Source of the DNA: Lachnospiraceae bacterium | GTDB lineage: Bacteria > Bacillota > Clostridia > Lachnospirales > Lachnospiraceae | Direction: 5' to 3' | Assembly: GCA_017388745.1 (NCBI GenBank) | Contig: JAFPHE010000033.1 | Span: 1 to 45,974, forward strand | Length of the DNA: 45,974 nt | In this document: piece by piece, positions 1 through 8,041 of the stretch | Layout of the letters: the number at the start of each line of letters is the position of its first letter | Position numbering within the stretch: the first letter of the stretch is position 1 | Position numbers and translations under genes: made by a program | The notes under the pieces: model-generated | The model's input: the letters and a program-made list of their open reading frames with translations, nothing else | Database searches by the model: none | What the model was told of the DNA's origin: nothing

Positions 1-486
1 ATGGGCACAAGCATCGGCAGTGAGGATTTCTTCATCTGCCCTGAAAAAAAGCGGGCTTCTGATCTTTCGTACACCAAAGCCGTCAAACGTAATTTCGTGC
101 CTTTTGAAGAACTGTTCCGGCGGGATATAAAAGTGACGGCGCTTTCGTATGCCGGTGATCTGGAGATGGAGAAGGAGATGATCGAGAGCGCCTTCCCCAT
201 GCTGGAACTGTTTTCTTTCAACGGCGGCGCAGGTGCGGACGTGGTCGAGCGGGGATTCAGCAAGGCTGAGGGCATGAAGCGGATGTGCGAGCATTTCGGC
301 GTCGACATTGCGGATACGTATGCTTTCGGCGACTCGCCCAACGACCTGGCGCTTCTGAAAGCTGCCGGCACAGGCATTGCAATGGGCAATGCGGACGAAT
401 CGGTCAAGGCTGCTGCGGACTATGTCACGGACGATATCCGCAGCGACGGCATCTACAATGCCTGCGTGCATTTCGGGATGATCTGA
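1..486 (+). CDS. HAD-superfamily Cof-type phosphatase, C-terminal part (5' end lies outside the window)
   Basis: ORF is open at the window start. The C-terminal motif FGDSPNDLALLKAAGTGIAMGNA is typical of HAD-IIB/Cof hydrolases. Stop at 484-486. Confidence 0.8.
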   Translation: MGTSIGSEDFFICPEKKRASDLSYTKAVKRNFVPFEELFRRDIKVTALSYAGDLEMEKEMIESAFPMLELFSFNGGAGADVVERGFSKAEGMKRMCEHFGVDIADTYAFGDSPNDLALLKAAGTGIAMGNADESVKAAADYVTDDIRSDGIYNACVHFGMI

Positions 487-594
487 GCTGTTCTTTGTCC
501 GGAGAATACGGCTGATGGGGTGAATGGGCTGTAAATGCTGTTGATCAGCGTTTTGCAGCCAGTCAGAAGCCGGATCTTGTTAAAATCGATAAGG

Positions 595-640
595 ATAGAT
601 GCAAACCCTCGCAAATGACGGGTATGCATCTATTTTTATT
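595..640 (+). terminator. Rho-independent terminator after the HAD gene
   Basis: Stem ATAGATGCA (595-603) pairs with TGCATCTAT (625-633), with inner ACCC/GGGT pairing, followed by TTTTATTT. Confidence 0.6.
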
Positions 641-843
641 TGTCCGGGTGATGATAAACGAAAGTTCAATGCATGGTGGTCGCTTCACGGATGAATAAGA
701 AATCTTGCGAAAATTACGGACTGGTACTAAGATGTAAAGCAGTCTATAATATACCATGTCTTCATGTGAAATACAAGTGCATTGCATAAATTATATGATT
801 ACCGGCTCATCACGAACGGTATCAGACAATGGGGGATATAAAG

Positions 844-2706
844 ATGAGAAAACAGGTCTTAAAACTGCAGCGCAAAATGCGTGAACTCGGGATCGATGTG
901 TACGTAGTCTCGGATATCGACGAGCATCTGAGCGAGTATGTCAGCGATCACTTTCATGCACTGGAGGAATACAGCGGATTTACCGGAGGCGACGGCAAGC
1001 TGGTCGTGACTGCGGGCAGCAGCGATGCTGATACCGGCAAAGACTTTGAAGGACTGGCAGCGCTTTGGACAGACGGACGTTATTTTACGCAGGCGGAAAA
1101 CCAGCTGGAGGGAAGCGGAATCGAGCTGATGCGTATGGGCGAGCCGGAAACGCCGCTCATGAACGACTGGATCTTTGAACAGCTTCCGGAAGGCGGCACG
1201 CTCGGATTTGACGGAAGCTGTACGCCGTTTAAGGAAGGCACGGTGCTTGCAGATAAAGTCAGGGCAAAAGGCGTCCGCTGCGTATACGAAAGAGACCTCT
1301 GCGGCGATCTCTGGGAGGACAGACCTGCCCAGAAGGTGACGCCGTGTTGGATCCTCAAAGAGAAATATACCGGAAAGTCCGCGGCAGATAAGATCGCGGA
1401 TCTGAAAGCCGTGATGGAAAAGGCAGGTGCTGACGCACATATACTGACGACCGTTGATGACATAGCATGGCTGCTCAATTTAAGGGCGGACGATGTTCCG
1501 AACAATCCTGTTTTCATGGCATACCTGATGATCATGCCGGACGGGCAGGTCAGGCTGTATACGGAAGAAGGGCATCTCACGGATGAGGTCTCCGTTTATC
1601 TTAAGGGATTTTGCGTGCAGGTGTTTCCGTACCATCAGATCTACGAAGATGTGAAACAGCTGGAGGCTGTGAGTAAAGGCAGCGGTGATGTTGCCGTTCT
1701 CCTTGACAAGAAGCGCTGCAACTATACGATCGTCAGCAGCATCCCCGCAGGCATCAGGATCATCGACAGGATCAATCCGGAGGCGGAAGCAAAAGCATGC
1801 AAGAATGAGACAGAACGCGCCAACATCCGTATTGCGCAGCATAAGGACAGCGTGGCCCTGGTCAAGTTCATGCACTGGTTCAAGACCGAAGGCCTGAAGA
1901 TGGAGCGGCTGACCGAGTGGACTGCAGCGGAAAAGCTGCACAGCTTCCGCGCGGAACAGCCGGGCTTCTTTGATGAAAGTTTCGGAACGATCTCCGCATA
2001 CGGGGCAAATGCTGCCATGGCACACTATGCGCCTTCGCCCGATCCGGCACTCGATACGCCGATCGAACCGCACGGGCTTTATCTGGTGGATTCCGGCGGA
2101 CAGTATCCTGAGGGAACTACGGATGTGACCAGAACCTGGAGCTGCGGACCGATCACGCCGGAGGAACGTCTCGGATACACCCTCACAGTCATCGCAAACC
2201 TTCGTCTGGGAGATGCGAGGTTCCTGGAGGGCACATCCGGTCTGGTACTGGACTATGCGGCACGCGAACCGTTCTGGCGCAGAGGCATGAACTATAATCA
2301 CGGGACAGGACACGGTGTGGGACATGTGCTGAACGTACACGAAGCTCCCGTCGGCATCCGCTATAAGATCGCTGACATTGAAGGAGCATGGCCGCTGATG
2401 GAGGGTATGTACCTTTCGGATGAACCCGGAAGCTATGTTGCCGGAAGCTACGGCGTCCGTATTGAGAACCTTGTGCTGGTCACACTTGACTATGTCAATG
2501 AATACGGCCGTTTTATGAAATTTGAAACGGTTAATTTCTGTCCGGTCGACAGGACCTGCCTGGATATAAGCCTGATGGAGGAAAGAGACATCCGCCTGCT
2601 GAACCTCTATCATAAGAGGGTCTATGAGGAACTTGCCGGCGACCTGACACCGGAAGAACGCACATGGCTTAAAGCCATGTGCGAGCCGATCGTCAGAGAA
2701 GAATAA
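844..2706 (+). CDS. Xaa-Pro aminopeptidase (aminopeptidase P family, M24B, long form with creatinase-like N-domains)
   Basis: 620-625 aa ORF. The C-terminal M24 pita-bread region has YLVDSGGQY, HGTGHGVG and SDEPG metal-ligand-type motifs. ATG 844 follows GGGGGA; an alternative in-frame ATG is at 829. Confidence 0.9.
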   Translation: MRKQVLKLQRKMRELGIDVYVVSDIDEHLSEYVSDHFHALEEYSGFTGGDGKLVVTAGSSDADTGKDFEGLAALWTDGRYFTQAENQLEGSGIELMRMGEPETPLMNDWIFEQLPEGGTLGFDGSCTPFKEGTVLADKVRAKGVRCVYERDLCGDLWEDRPAQKVTPCWILKEKYTGKSAADKIADLKAVMEKAGADAHILTTVDDIAWLLNLRADDVPNNPVFMAYLMIMPDGQVRLYTEEGHLTDEVSVYLKGFCVQVFPYHQIYEDVKQLEAVSKGSGDVAVLLDKKRCNYTIVSSIPAGIRIIDRINPEAEAKACKNETERANIRIAQHKDSVALVKFMHWFKTEGLKMERLTEWTAAEKLHSFRAEQPGFFDESFGTISAYGANAAMAHYAPSPDPALDTPIEPHGLYLVDSGGQYPEGTTDVTRTWSCGPITPEERLGYTLTVIANLRLGDARFLEGTSGLVLDYAAREPFWRRGMNYNHGTGHGVGHVLNVHEAPVGIRYKIADIEGAWPLMEGMYLSDEPGSYVAGSYGVRIENLVLVTLDYVNEYGRFMKFETVNFCPVDRTCLDISLMEERDIRLLNLYHKRVYEELAGDLTPEERTWLKAMCEPIVREE

Positions 2707-2732
2707 GCAAAAAGATACAGGAGCATTACCCG

Positions 2733-2760
2733 GACGGCACGTCAGCGTGCCGTCTTTTTT
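2733..2760 (+). terminator. Rho-independent terminator after the aminopeptidase gene
   Basis: GACGGCACG-tcag-CGTGCCGTC followed by TTTTTT. Confidence 0.8.
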
Positions 2761-2870
2761 GAACTACAGGTTTAATGCGGAACCGGACGGCAGGCATTAT
2801 AATGATCAGGCATAGATCGTAAAACGCACAATGAAAACCAGATAAGAGAGACTGTATGGAGGAAAAGCGG

Positions 2871-4166
2871 ATGGCTGAAACAAACGCGTTTGACAGGATC
2901 ATCGGTTATGAAGAAATCAAGGCTGAGTTGGAAGAGATCGCGGATGTGCTGAAAGAAACGGAGCGCTATGCGCGTCTCGGCGTCAGGCCTCCGAAGGGAC
3001 TGCTCCTCTCTGGAGTGCCCGGGATAGGCAAGACCCTGATGGCGGAATGTCTGATCCGGGCGTCGGGAAGAAGGGCGTTTACCTGCAGAAAGCACGGGAC
3101 CGGCGAAAAGTTTACCGAAGAGATCCAAAAGACCTTTGAGGAAGCTGCTGAGGCCGCGCCGTCCATCGTACTTCTGGACGACATGGATAAATATGCCAAT
3201 GATGATGAATGGCACGTCAACTCATCGGAGTACGTGACGGTACAGTCATGCATCGACGAAAACTGCCGGAAAGGGGTCTTCGTTATTGCAACGGCAAACG
3301 ATACGGATAATCTGCCGGATTCACTGATCCGCAGCGGCCGGTTCGACAGGAAGATCAGGGTCCAGAGCCCGGATCCGGCATCGGCGGAAAAGATCGTCCG
3401 GCATTATCTTAAAGGAAAAGGGACCATCGGCGAGGTCGACTGCGGTCTGATCGCGGCGATCCTCGGAGGAGCGAGCTGTGCGACCCTGGAGACGATCGTC
3501 AACGAAGCCGGTATTTACGCAGGGATCGGACACAAGTCGAAGATCGGCATGGAAGATATGATCCGTGCCTGTATCCGGGTACTGTATGATGCTCCTGCAG
3601 CGATGTCAAAGCAGCAGATGGAGCATATCGGCAGGATCGCGTGCCATGAAGCGGGACATGCGCTAGTCGCGGAAATGCAGCGTCCGGGAAGCGTGCACCT
3701 TGTGTCGGTATGCCGCGGGAGCGGAAATGTAAACGGTGTGACTTCGTCCGGAGGATACGGGTCATGGCAGACGAAAGAGGAAGCGGAAGAGCGTATACGT
3801 GTCGCTCTTGCCGGAAAAGCTGCGACGGAACTTGTCTTCGGAGATCCGGATACAGGCGCTGTCTGTGACATGAAACAGGCGTCATTTATGATCCAGGACC
3901 TGATGAGGACACTGTTTGCACTCGGAGTGGAACCGCGGGGCTTTCAGAGCTCGGAACTGTTCTCGGCAAGAAAAGAAGAGTACTTAAGCAGGGAGCTTGA
4001 ACGTTACTATCAGGAAACGAGAAAGATCCTTGCGCAAAACCGTGATAAACTTGACAGGCTCACGGAAAAACTTGAGGAAAAGCATACCCTGACCGGAAAA
4101 GAGATCAGGGATGCGATGGACGGAACAAAGCCGGAAGAGACCGGCGGCCATAAGAGTGCTGCCTGA
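2871..4166 (+). CDS. Soluble FtsH-like protein: AAA+ ATPase domain fused to an M41-type HEXXH peptidase domain, no transmembrane segment
   Basis: Walker A GVPGIGKT; Walker B-like IVLLDDMD; SRH-like ATANDTDNLPDSLIRSGRFDRK; zinc motif HEAGHALV; FtsH-like LAGKAATELVFGD. ATG 2871 is preceded by GGAGGA; an alternative ATG is at 2856. No hydrophobic N-terminus. Confidence 0.8.
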   Translation: MAETNAFDRIIGYEEIKAELEEIADVLKETERYARLGVRPPKGLLLSGVPGIGKTLMAECLIRASGRRAFTCRKHGTGEKFTEEIQKTFEEAAEAAPSIVLLDDMDKYANDDEWHVNSSEYVTVQSCIDENCRKGVFVIATANDTDNLPDSLIRSGRFDRKIRVQSPDPASAEKIVRHYLKGKGTIGEVDCGLIAAILGGASCATLETIVNEAGIYAGIGHKSKIGMEDMIRACIRVLYDAPAAMSKQQMEHIGRIACHEAGHALVAEMQRPGSVHLVSVCRGSGNVNGVTSSGGYGSWQTKEEAEERIRVALAGKAATELVFGDPDTGAVCDMKQASFMIQDLMRTLFALGVEPRGFQSSELFSARKEEYLSRELERYYQETRKILAQNRDKLDRLTEKLEEKHTLTGKEIRDAMDGTKPEETGGHKSAA

Positions 4167-4443
4167 AAAGATCTTTGACAAAATGCGGCAAATGCGAAGG
4201 GAGAGGCGGATACGCCTCTCCCTTTTCTACTAAGATATCTTCAATCGTTGTGTGAAACATGCGGGCAAGCGCCAGGCAGTTTTCCAGCTGCGGGAGGCTT
4301 TTACCGTACTCCCACCTGTAAACAGCCTGCTTATCGATCATCAGTGCGTCGCTGATCTCGGTGACCCTGATACCGCGCTCGGTCCGCATACGCCGGATGT
4401 TCTTTCCGGTCTCCCGGATGTCGATCTGCGGAACTTCCATCAT
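4105..4443 (-). CDS. XRE-family helix-turn-helix transcriptional regulator
   Basis: N-terminal ~70 aa match the Cro/C1-type HTH pattern (IRRMRTERGIRVTEISDALMIDKQAVYRWEYGKSLPQLENCLALARMF). RBS GGAGGTAA lies upstream on the minus strand. The C-terminal ~37 aa are a Pro/Ser/His/Arg-rich tail overlapping the neighbouring gene. Confidence 0.8.
   Translation of the reverse strand: MMEVPQIDIRETGKNIRRMRTERGIRVTEISDALMIDKQAVYRWEYGKSLPQLENCLALARMFHTTIEDILVEKGEAYPPLPSHLPHFVKDLFRQHSYGRRSLPALFRPSHP
4197..4227 (+). terminator. Terminator-like hairpin after the FtsH-like gene, lying inside the tail of the convergent XRE ORF
   Basis: AAGGGAGAGGCG-gata-CGCCTCTCCCTT followed by TTC. The T-tract is short. Confidence 0.5.
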
Positions 4444-4643
4444 TTACCTCCATAGGCTGAATCGGTCAATGAACGCGGTAATCATACCATAAAAAATGAA
4501 GTGAAGAAAAGAGACTGCGAAAAATCGTGCGGTAATGGTAAAGGAATCGTCAGAAATATGCCGTTTCAAATCGGAAAGGGATTGCCTTCAGCAGGGATAA
4601 GGGGGATAATGCAGTAAACGGACAAAACAGACGGGCTTCGGTA

Positions 4644-4658
4644 CCGAATAATATTCGG
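4644..4658. promoter_or_regulatory. Perfect 7-1-7 palindrome CCGAATAATATTCGG in the XRE-divergent intergenic region (candidate operator)
   Basis: Read directly from the sequence. It lies 27 nt upstream of ATG 4685 and about 200 nt from the XRE start. Confidence 0.4.
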
Positions 4659-4684
4659 ACACGGTTTTCCGGGAGGCTAAAGAC

Positions 4685-5029
4685 ATGAAATATGATATGT
4701 ACAAGCTCCGGCAGGCATTGCAGGATGAATATATGGCGGCAATGGTCGTGGGTTTTTCGGAGGATACCCCCAGTCTCACAGACCTTCAGTTTGCGTCGGA
4801 TGACTGGATCCTTACGGAGGCAGAACGCCGGGGATTTGATATGGAGGAGTTTGCGCTGAAAGAGGAGGACGGGGTTCCGGACGGGACCGGTTCAGACGAC
4901 CTTGCACAGGATAAGACGGTGCAGGCGGGGACAGGAACTGCAGATGAAAGCGGATTTCATATGGACCGGTTCTTTTATCTTGAAGAAACTGAGGATGACG
5001 ATGATATGCCTGCAGGAGGCCTGTGGTGA
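4685..5029 (+). CDS. Hypothetical small acidic protein (114 aa)
   Basis: GGGAGG RBS at 4671-4676, 8 nt before the ATG. Very Asp/Glu-rich C-terminal half. The stop overlaps the start of the next gene (TGATG). No family recognised. Confidence 0.5.
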   Translation: MKYDMYKLRQALQDEYMAAMVVGFSEDTPSLTDLQFASDDWILTEAERRGFDMEEFALKEEDGVPDGTGSDDLAQDKTVQAGTGTADESGFHMDRFFYLEETEDDDDMPAGGLW

Positions 5030-5796
5030 TGGAGATGCAGAAAGAGCTGATCATCGGCGGAAGGCGTGTTTATATCACGGGAAGATCGTACCGCACAGGT
5101 CCGGAAGAAAAAACGTACCGCGTTCCTGTTATTTTCTGGCCGGTCTCGGAAGAGCACGGGAGAAGCATCTCCGAATCGGCGGAGTATGCCGCAGCCGGGA
5201 TCAGCGCATCGACAAGGGAAACGGATGTATATCTGCTGGCGGCATTTGAAATTGAAGACTGGAACCGGGAACTGTCGCCCTGGAAGGCAGAGATCCCGGA
5301 GATAGAACAGAGCTTCGGAGGCGGGGCGGATGAAACGCTTCGATGGATCATAAACGAAATGATCCCACGGATGAAATTGACAGCAGGCGGCAGTACAGAG
5401 TTATCGTATTATGTCGCCGGGTATTCGCTTGCCGGCCTTTTTGCGCTCTGGTCTCTGACGAAAACGCCGGTGTTTTCAGGAGCTGCAGCCTGTTCGGCGA
5501 CACAATGGTTTCCCGGCTGGCTGGAATACCTCGAAATGGAAGGTGTCTGCGGCCGGGATCACCATACTGGTGATGACGACGGCAGTATCATCTATTTGAG
5601 TCTCGGAGGAAAGGAACATAAGACTTCCAATCCTTTTATTGCAACCATCCTCGAAGCGACGAAGGCCTGTGATGACCTGCTCGATAGGGACAGTACCGTG
5701 AGGCGGCATGTGCTGGAAATGAACCGGGGAGGACATTTCTCAGACCCGGACGGACGAGTGGCAAAAGGGGCAGCATGGCTCATCAGGAACGCCTGA
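5029..5796 (+). CDS. Alpha/beta-hydrolase, putative esterase family
   Basis: Nucleophile elbow GYSLAG (GxSxG). C-terminal GGHF with a possible catalytic His. ATG 5029 overlaps the upstream stop; the ORF track starts at GTG 5023. Confidence 0.75.
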   Translation: MEMQKELIIGGRRVYITGRSYRTGPEEKTYRVPVIFWPVSEEHGRSISESAEYAAAGISASTRETDVYLLAAFEIEDWNRELSPWKAEIPEIEQSFGGGADETLRWIINEMIPRMKLTAGGSTELSYYVAGYSLAGLFALWSLTKTPVFSGAAACSATQWFPGWLEYLEMEGVCGRDHHTGDDDGSIIYLSLGGKEHKTSNPFIATILEATKACDDLLDRDSTVRRHVLEMNRGGHFSDPDGRVAKGAAWLIRNA

Positions 5797-5869
5797 AAGT
5801 ACGGCTGCCGCATACGGAAAAACCAACAGGTCAACATAAAAACAATCTTGAAACAATTTTAAAATTACG

Positions 5870-5899
5870 GTTGACACTGCATAAATGTCTGTGCTATAC
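5870..5899 (+). promoter_or_regulatory. Sigma-70-type promoter for tRNA-Thr
   Basis: TTGACA (5870-5875), 18-nt spacer, extended -10 TGcTATACT (5891-5899), about 25 nt upstream of the tRNA. Confidence 0.6.
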
Positions 5900-5924
5900 T
5901 CAATGAGCTTTGAGAAAAGCACAG

Positions 5925-5997
5925 GCTGATGTAGCACAGGTGGTAGTGCGTCGCATTGGTAATGCGGAGGTCACGAGTCCGAGTCTCGTCATCAGCT
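5925..5997 (+). tRNA. tRNA-Thr (anticodon GGU)
   Basis: Hand-folded cloverleaf. Acceptor GCTGATG/CATCAGC; D arm GCAC-AGGTGGTA-GTGC; anticodon arm TCGCA-TTGGTAA-TGCGG (anticodon GGT at 5958-5960); variable loop AGGTC; T arm ACGAG-TCCGAGT-CTCGT; discriminator T. No encoded CCA (CTA follows). Confidence 0.85.
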
Positions 5998-6002
5998 CTA
6001 AG

Positions 6003-6028
6003 AAAGCCTTGTTTACAAGGCTTTTTTT
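6003..6028 (+). terminator. Rho-independent terminator after tRNA-Thr
   Basis: AAAGCCTTG-ttta-CAAGGCTTT followed by TTTT. The stop codon of the convergent CDS 6013..6417 lies in the loop. Confidence 0.75.
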
Positions 6029-6417
6029 GTTTCCTGATCTCTTGCTTCCCGTTTCTTCCTTCTCTGTTCCCTGTTATCAGCCTCGGCAGCAAAGACCTCA
6101 ACTGCAGCATCAACAAGCTCGTCCGGCCATACTTTGCCTGTGATCATGGTCTCCGCCCATGGGCAGAGTTTTTTGTAATCTGAATCCAGGATCACTGTAT
6201 AAGGCGGACCGCAGCGGTCATCCACCGACATATACAGATGGCGGCCTTCGCTGATCAGCCTGGTCGGCCATTCGACATCGGGATCATCAACGTGATCGTA
6301 TATCTCTTTCGTGATCTCATACAGATCATGATTGGGACCGCCTCCGGTCTCCGCTGTGTAGAGACCGGTATCGGGATCAAAGCAGCATCTCCAGCCGTTT
6401 CCTTTTTTAAACTCCAT
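6013..6417 (-). CDS. Hypothetical protein (134 aa) with a basic Arg/Lys-rich C-terminal tail
   Basis: Clean ORF, but only a weak purine-rich GAGG is seen upstream of the start. No family recognised. Confidence 0.55.
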   Translation of the reverse strand: MEFKKGNGWRCCFDPDTGLYTAETGGGPNHDLYEITKEIYDHVDDPDVEWPTRLISEGRHLYMSVDDRCGPPYTVILDSDYKKLCPWAETMITGKVWPDELVDAAVEVFAAEADNREQRRKKREARDQETKKAL

Positions 6418-6517
6418 GGAAGTACCTCACAATATTTGTTGTGTATTTCTGAAAGTATTCTACCATAGATCTTTCAGCGGGAACAGGCGGTATGTAAAGG
6501 AACGGAAGGGCCGATGA

Positions 6518-6546
6518 TTGACCGACATATCATGATATGAGATAAT
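6518..6546 (+). promoter_or_regulatory. Candidate promoter for the VOC gene
   Basis: TTGACC (6518-6523), 17-nt spacer containing the palindrome ATATCATGATAT, then GATAAT (6541-6546). Confidence 0.5.
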
Positions 6547-6575
6547 ACAGATACCCGTTAAAAGGAGGGATCAGT

Positions 6576-6989
6576 ATGCAGAACATGAAAGCTTTCAGCG
6601 GTATCCATCATGTAGCACTAAAGTGCGGAGGAACGGACGAATATGAAAAGGTCGTCTGCTTTTACAGAGACCTTCTCGGACTGGAGACAGTCCGTGCCTG
6701 GGGCAGCGGCGACAGCGCCGGCTGCATGCTCGGTGCCGGCAGCGATATCGTGGAGATCTTTGCCGCAGGCAAGGTCGCGGACGGAGCAGGAGGGCTTAAC
6801 CATTTTGCTTTCGAAACACAGACCGCTGAAGATGTCGATGCATGGCTTGAGAAAGCGAGAGAAGGAGGATATTCCGTGACTCAGGAAGCAAAGGATGTGA
6901 CCATCGGATCAGTTCCTCCGATGCCGATACGCTGTGCGTTTTTCTGCGGTCCTCTGGGTGAATCCATAGAGCTGTTCTACGTATACTAA
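6576..6989 (+). CDS. VOC family protein (glyoxalase/bleomycin-resistance/dioxygenase fold)
   Basis: IHHVALKCGG...FYRDLLGLE N-terminal signature and NHFAFE in the second half. RBS AAGGAGGG. Confidence 0.85.
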   Translation: MQNMKAFSGIHHVALKCGGTDEYEKVVCFYRDLLGLETVRAWGSGDSAGCMLGAGSDIVEIFAAGKVADGAGGLNHFAFETQTAEDVDAWLEKAREGGYSVTQEAKDVTIGSVPPMPIRCAFFCGPLGESIELFYVY

Positions 6990-7004
6990 AGAGCAGAAAT
7001 AAAT

Positions 7005-7796
7005 ATGTTTACACACAGTATCAAACTTAAAAAACCGGACGGCTATACTGTTTCCGCCATAGAAAAGGTCCCGGAGGATCCGCGCGGGATCGTTATTGCC
7101 GTGCACGGCTTTTCAAGCAGCAAGGAATGCCCGACATTCCAGGTGCTGCTGGACCGGCTTCCTGCCGCAGGATACGGGATGATCGGGATCGATCTGCCCG
7201 GGCACGGTACGGAAGAGTCGGCTGAGGAACCTTTACGGATCGAAGGTTGTTTAAACAGTATCCGGGCAGCGGAAGAGCATGCCCGCCGGATCTTGCCGGA
7301 CAAGGAGATCTGTTATTTTGCATCAAGCTTCGGAGCATACAACACCGCTCTTTATATCAGCCGCAGGGAACATGCAGGGCGCAGGGCCTTCTTCCGGAGC
7401 GCGGCTGTCAATATGCCGTCACTTTTCATTAAGGAGCATCCCACGGAAAAGGAATTGCAGATGATGTCGGATCTTGAGGAAAAGGGATATTTTGTCACCG
7501 GGATCGAGCTCGGAAAGCCTGTGAAGGTCACCCGTGAGATGTATCATGATCTGGAAACGACAGACCTCTTTGATGAGTTCCGGCCGCAGGCATTCGGAAG
7601 GCATCTGATCGCAATGGCACACGGCGCAGAAGATGAGATCATTGATCCCAATGAAGCACGGCGCTTTTCAGAGCGTTTTCATATCCCTGCAGTCTTCTTT
7701 GAAGGCGAGGGGCACTCATTGAGCAATGATCCGCAGACCCCGTACCGAGTGGCGGAACTTGCGGTCAGGCTGTACGGACAGCCTTTGGTACGATGA
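7005..7796 (+). CDS. Alpha/beta hydrolase (serine aminopeptidase S33 / lysophospholipase-like)
   Basis: HGFSSSKE oxyanion region; nucleophile-elbow-like ASSFGAY; C-terminal GEGHSL. Confidence 0.8.
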   Translation: MFTHSIKLKKPDGYTVSAIEKVPEDPRGIVIAVHGFSSSKECPTFQVLLDRLPAAGYGMIGIDLPGHGTEESAEEPLRIEGCLNSIRAAEEHARRILPDKEICYFASSFGAYNTALYISRREHAGRRAFFRSAAVNMPSLFIKEHPTEKELQMMSDLEEKGYFVTGIELGKPVKVTREMYHDLETTDLFDEFRPQAFGRHLIAMAHGAEDEIIDPNEARRFSERFHIPAVFFEGEGHSLSNDPQTPYRVAELAVRLYGQPLVR

Positions 7797-8041
7797 ACCG
7801 TTTTGCTTTTAATATAAGCAGAATTAAACCATATACCGGGGCTTATTATTTTTATTAATAAGGCTTCTTGAATACTTTCATCATTACAAGGAGGCCAAAA
7901 GCCTTGTATTGTCTGAAAAGAGCGTTATAATGAAGTAGCAATTCAGAATACGAGGCAGTGTGATCCGCAGCACCGGACCGCGCTGAAGGGTTTATGCCGG
8001 ATGGCATATGGTTTTATGAGATTTATCAGGAGGATACAACA

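Noticed and set aside
563-787. 74-aa minus-strand ORF in the HAD / aminopeptidase intergenic region.
   Set aside because: It has no RBS, an odd composition, and it spans the terminator hairpin and promoter-like AT-rich sequence of the flanking genes.
1480-2613. Long antisense ORFs opposite well-supported genes. Examples: 1480..2613, 10112..10822, 12423..13154, 13291..13932, 18289..19752, 20119..21564, 22637..23800, 24870..26729, 27174..27995, 32809..33927, 35544..36326, 45298..45831.
   Set aside because: - Each lies fully inside a CDS with clear family motifs on the other strand.
- Their translations are Arg/His/Asp/Cys-rich low-information sequences with no RBS.
- This is the typical shadow-frame artefact of GC-biased codon usage.
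5800-6600. tRNA-Thr flank considered as a genomic-island integration site.
   Set aside because: No integrase or recombinase is present, no direct repeat of the tRNA 3' end was seen by eye downstream, and the neighbouring genes are ordinary small enzymes.
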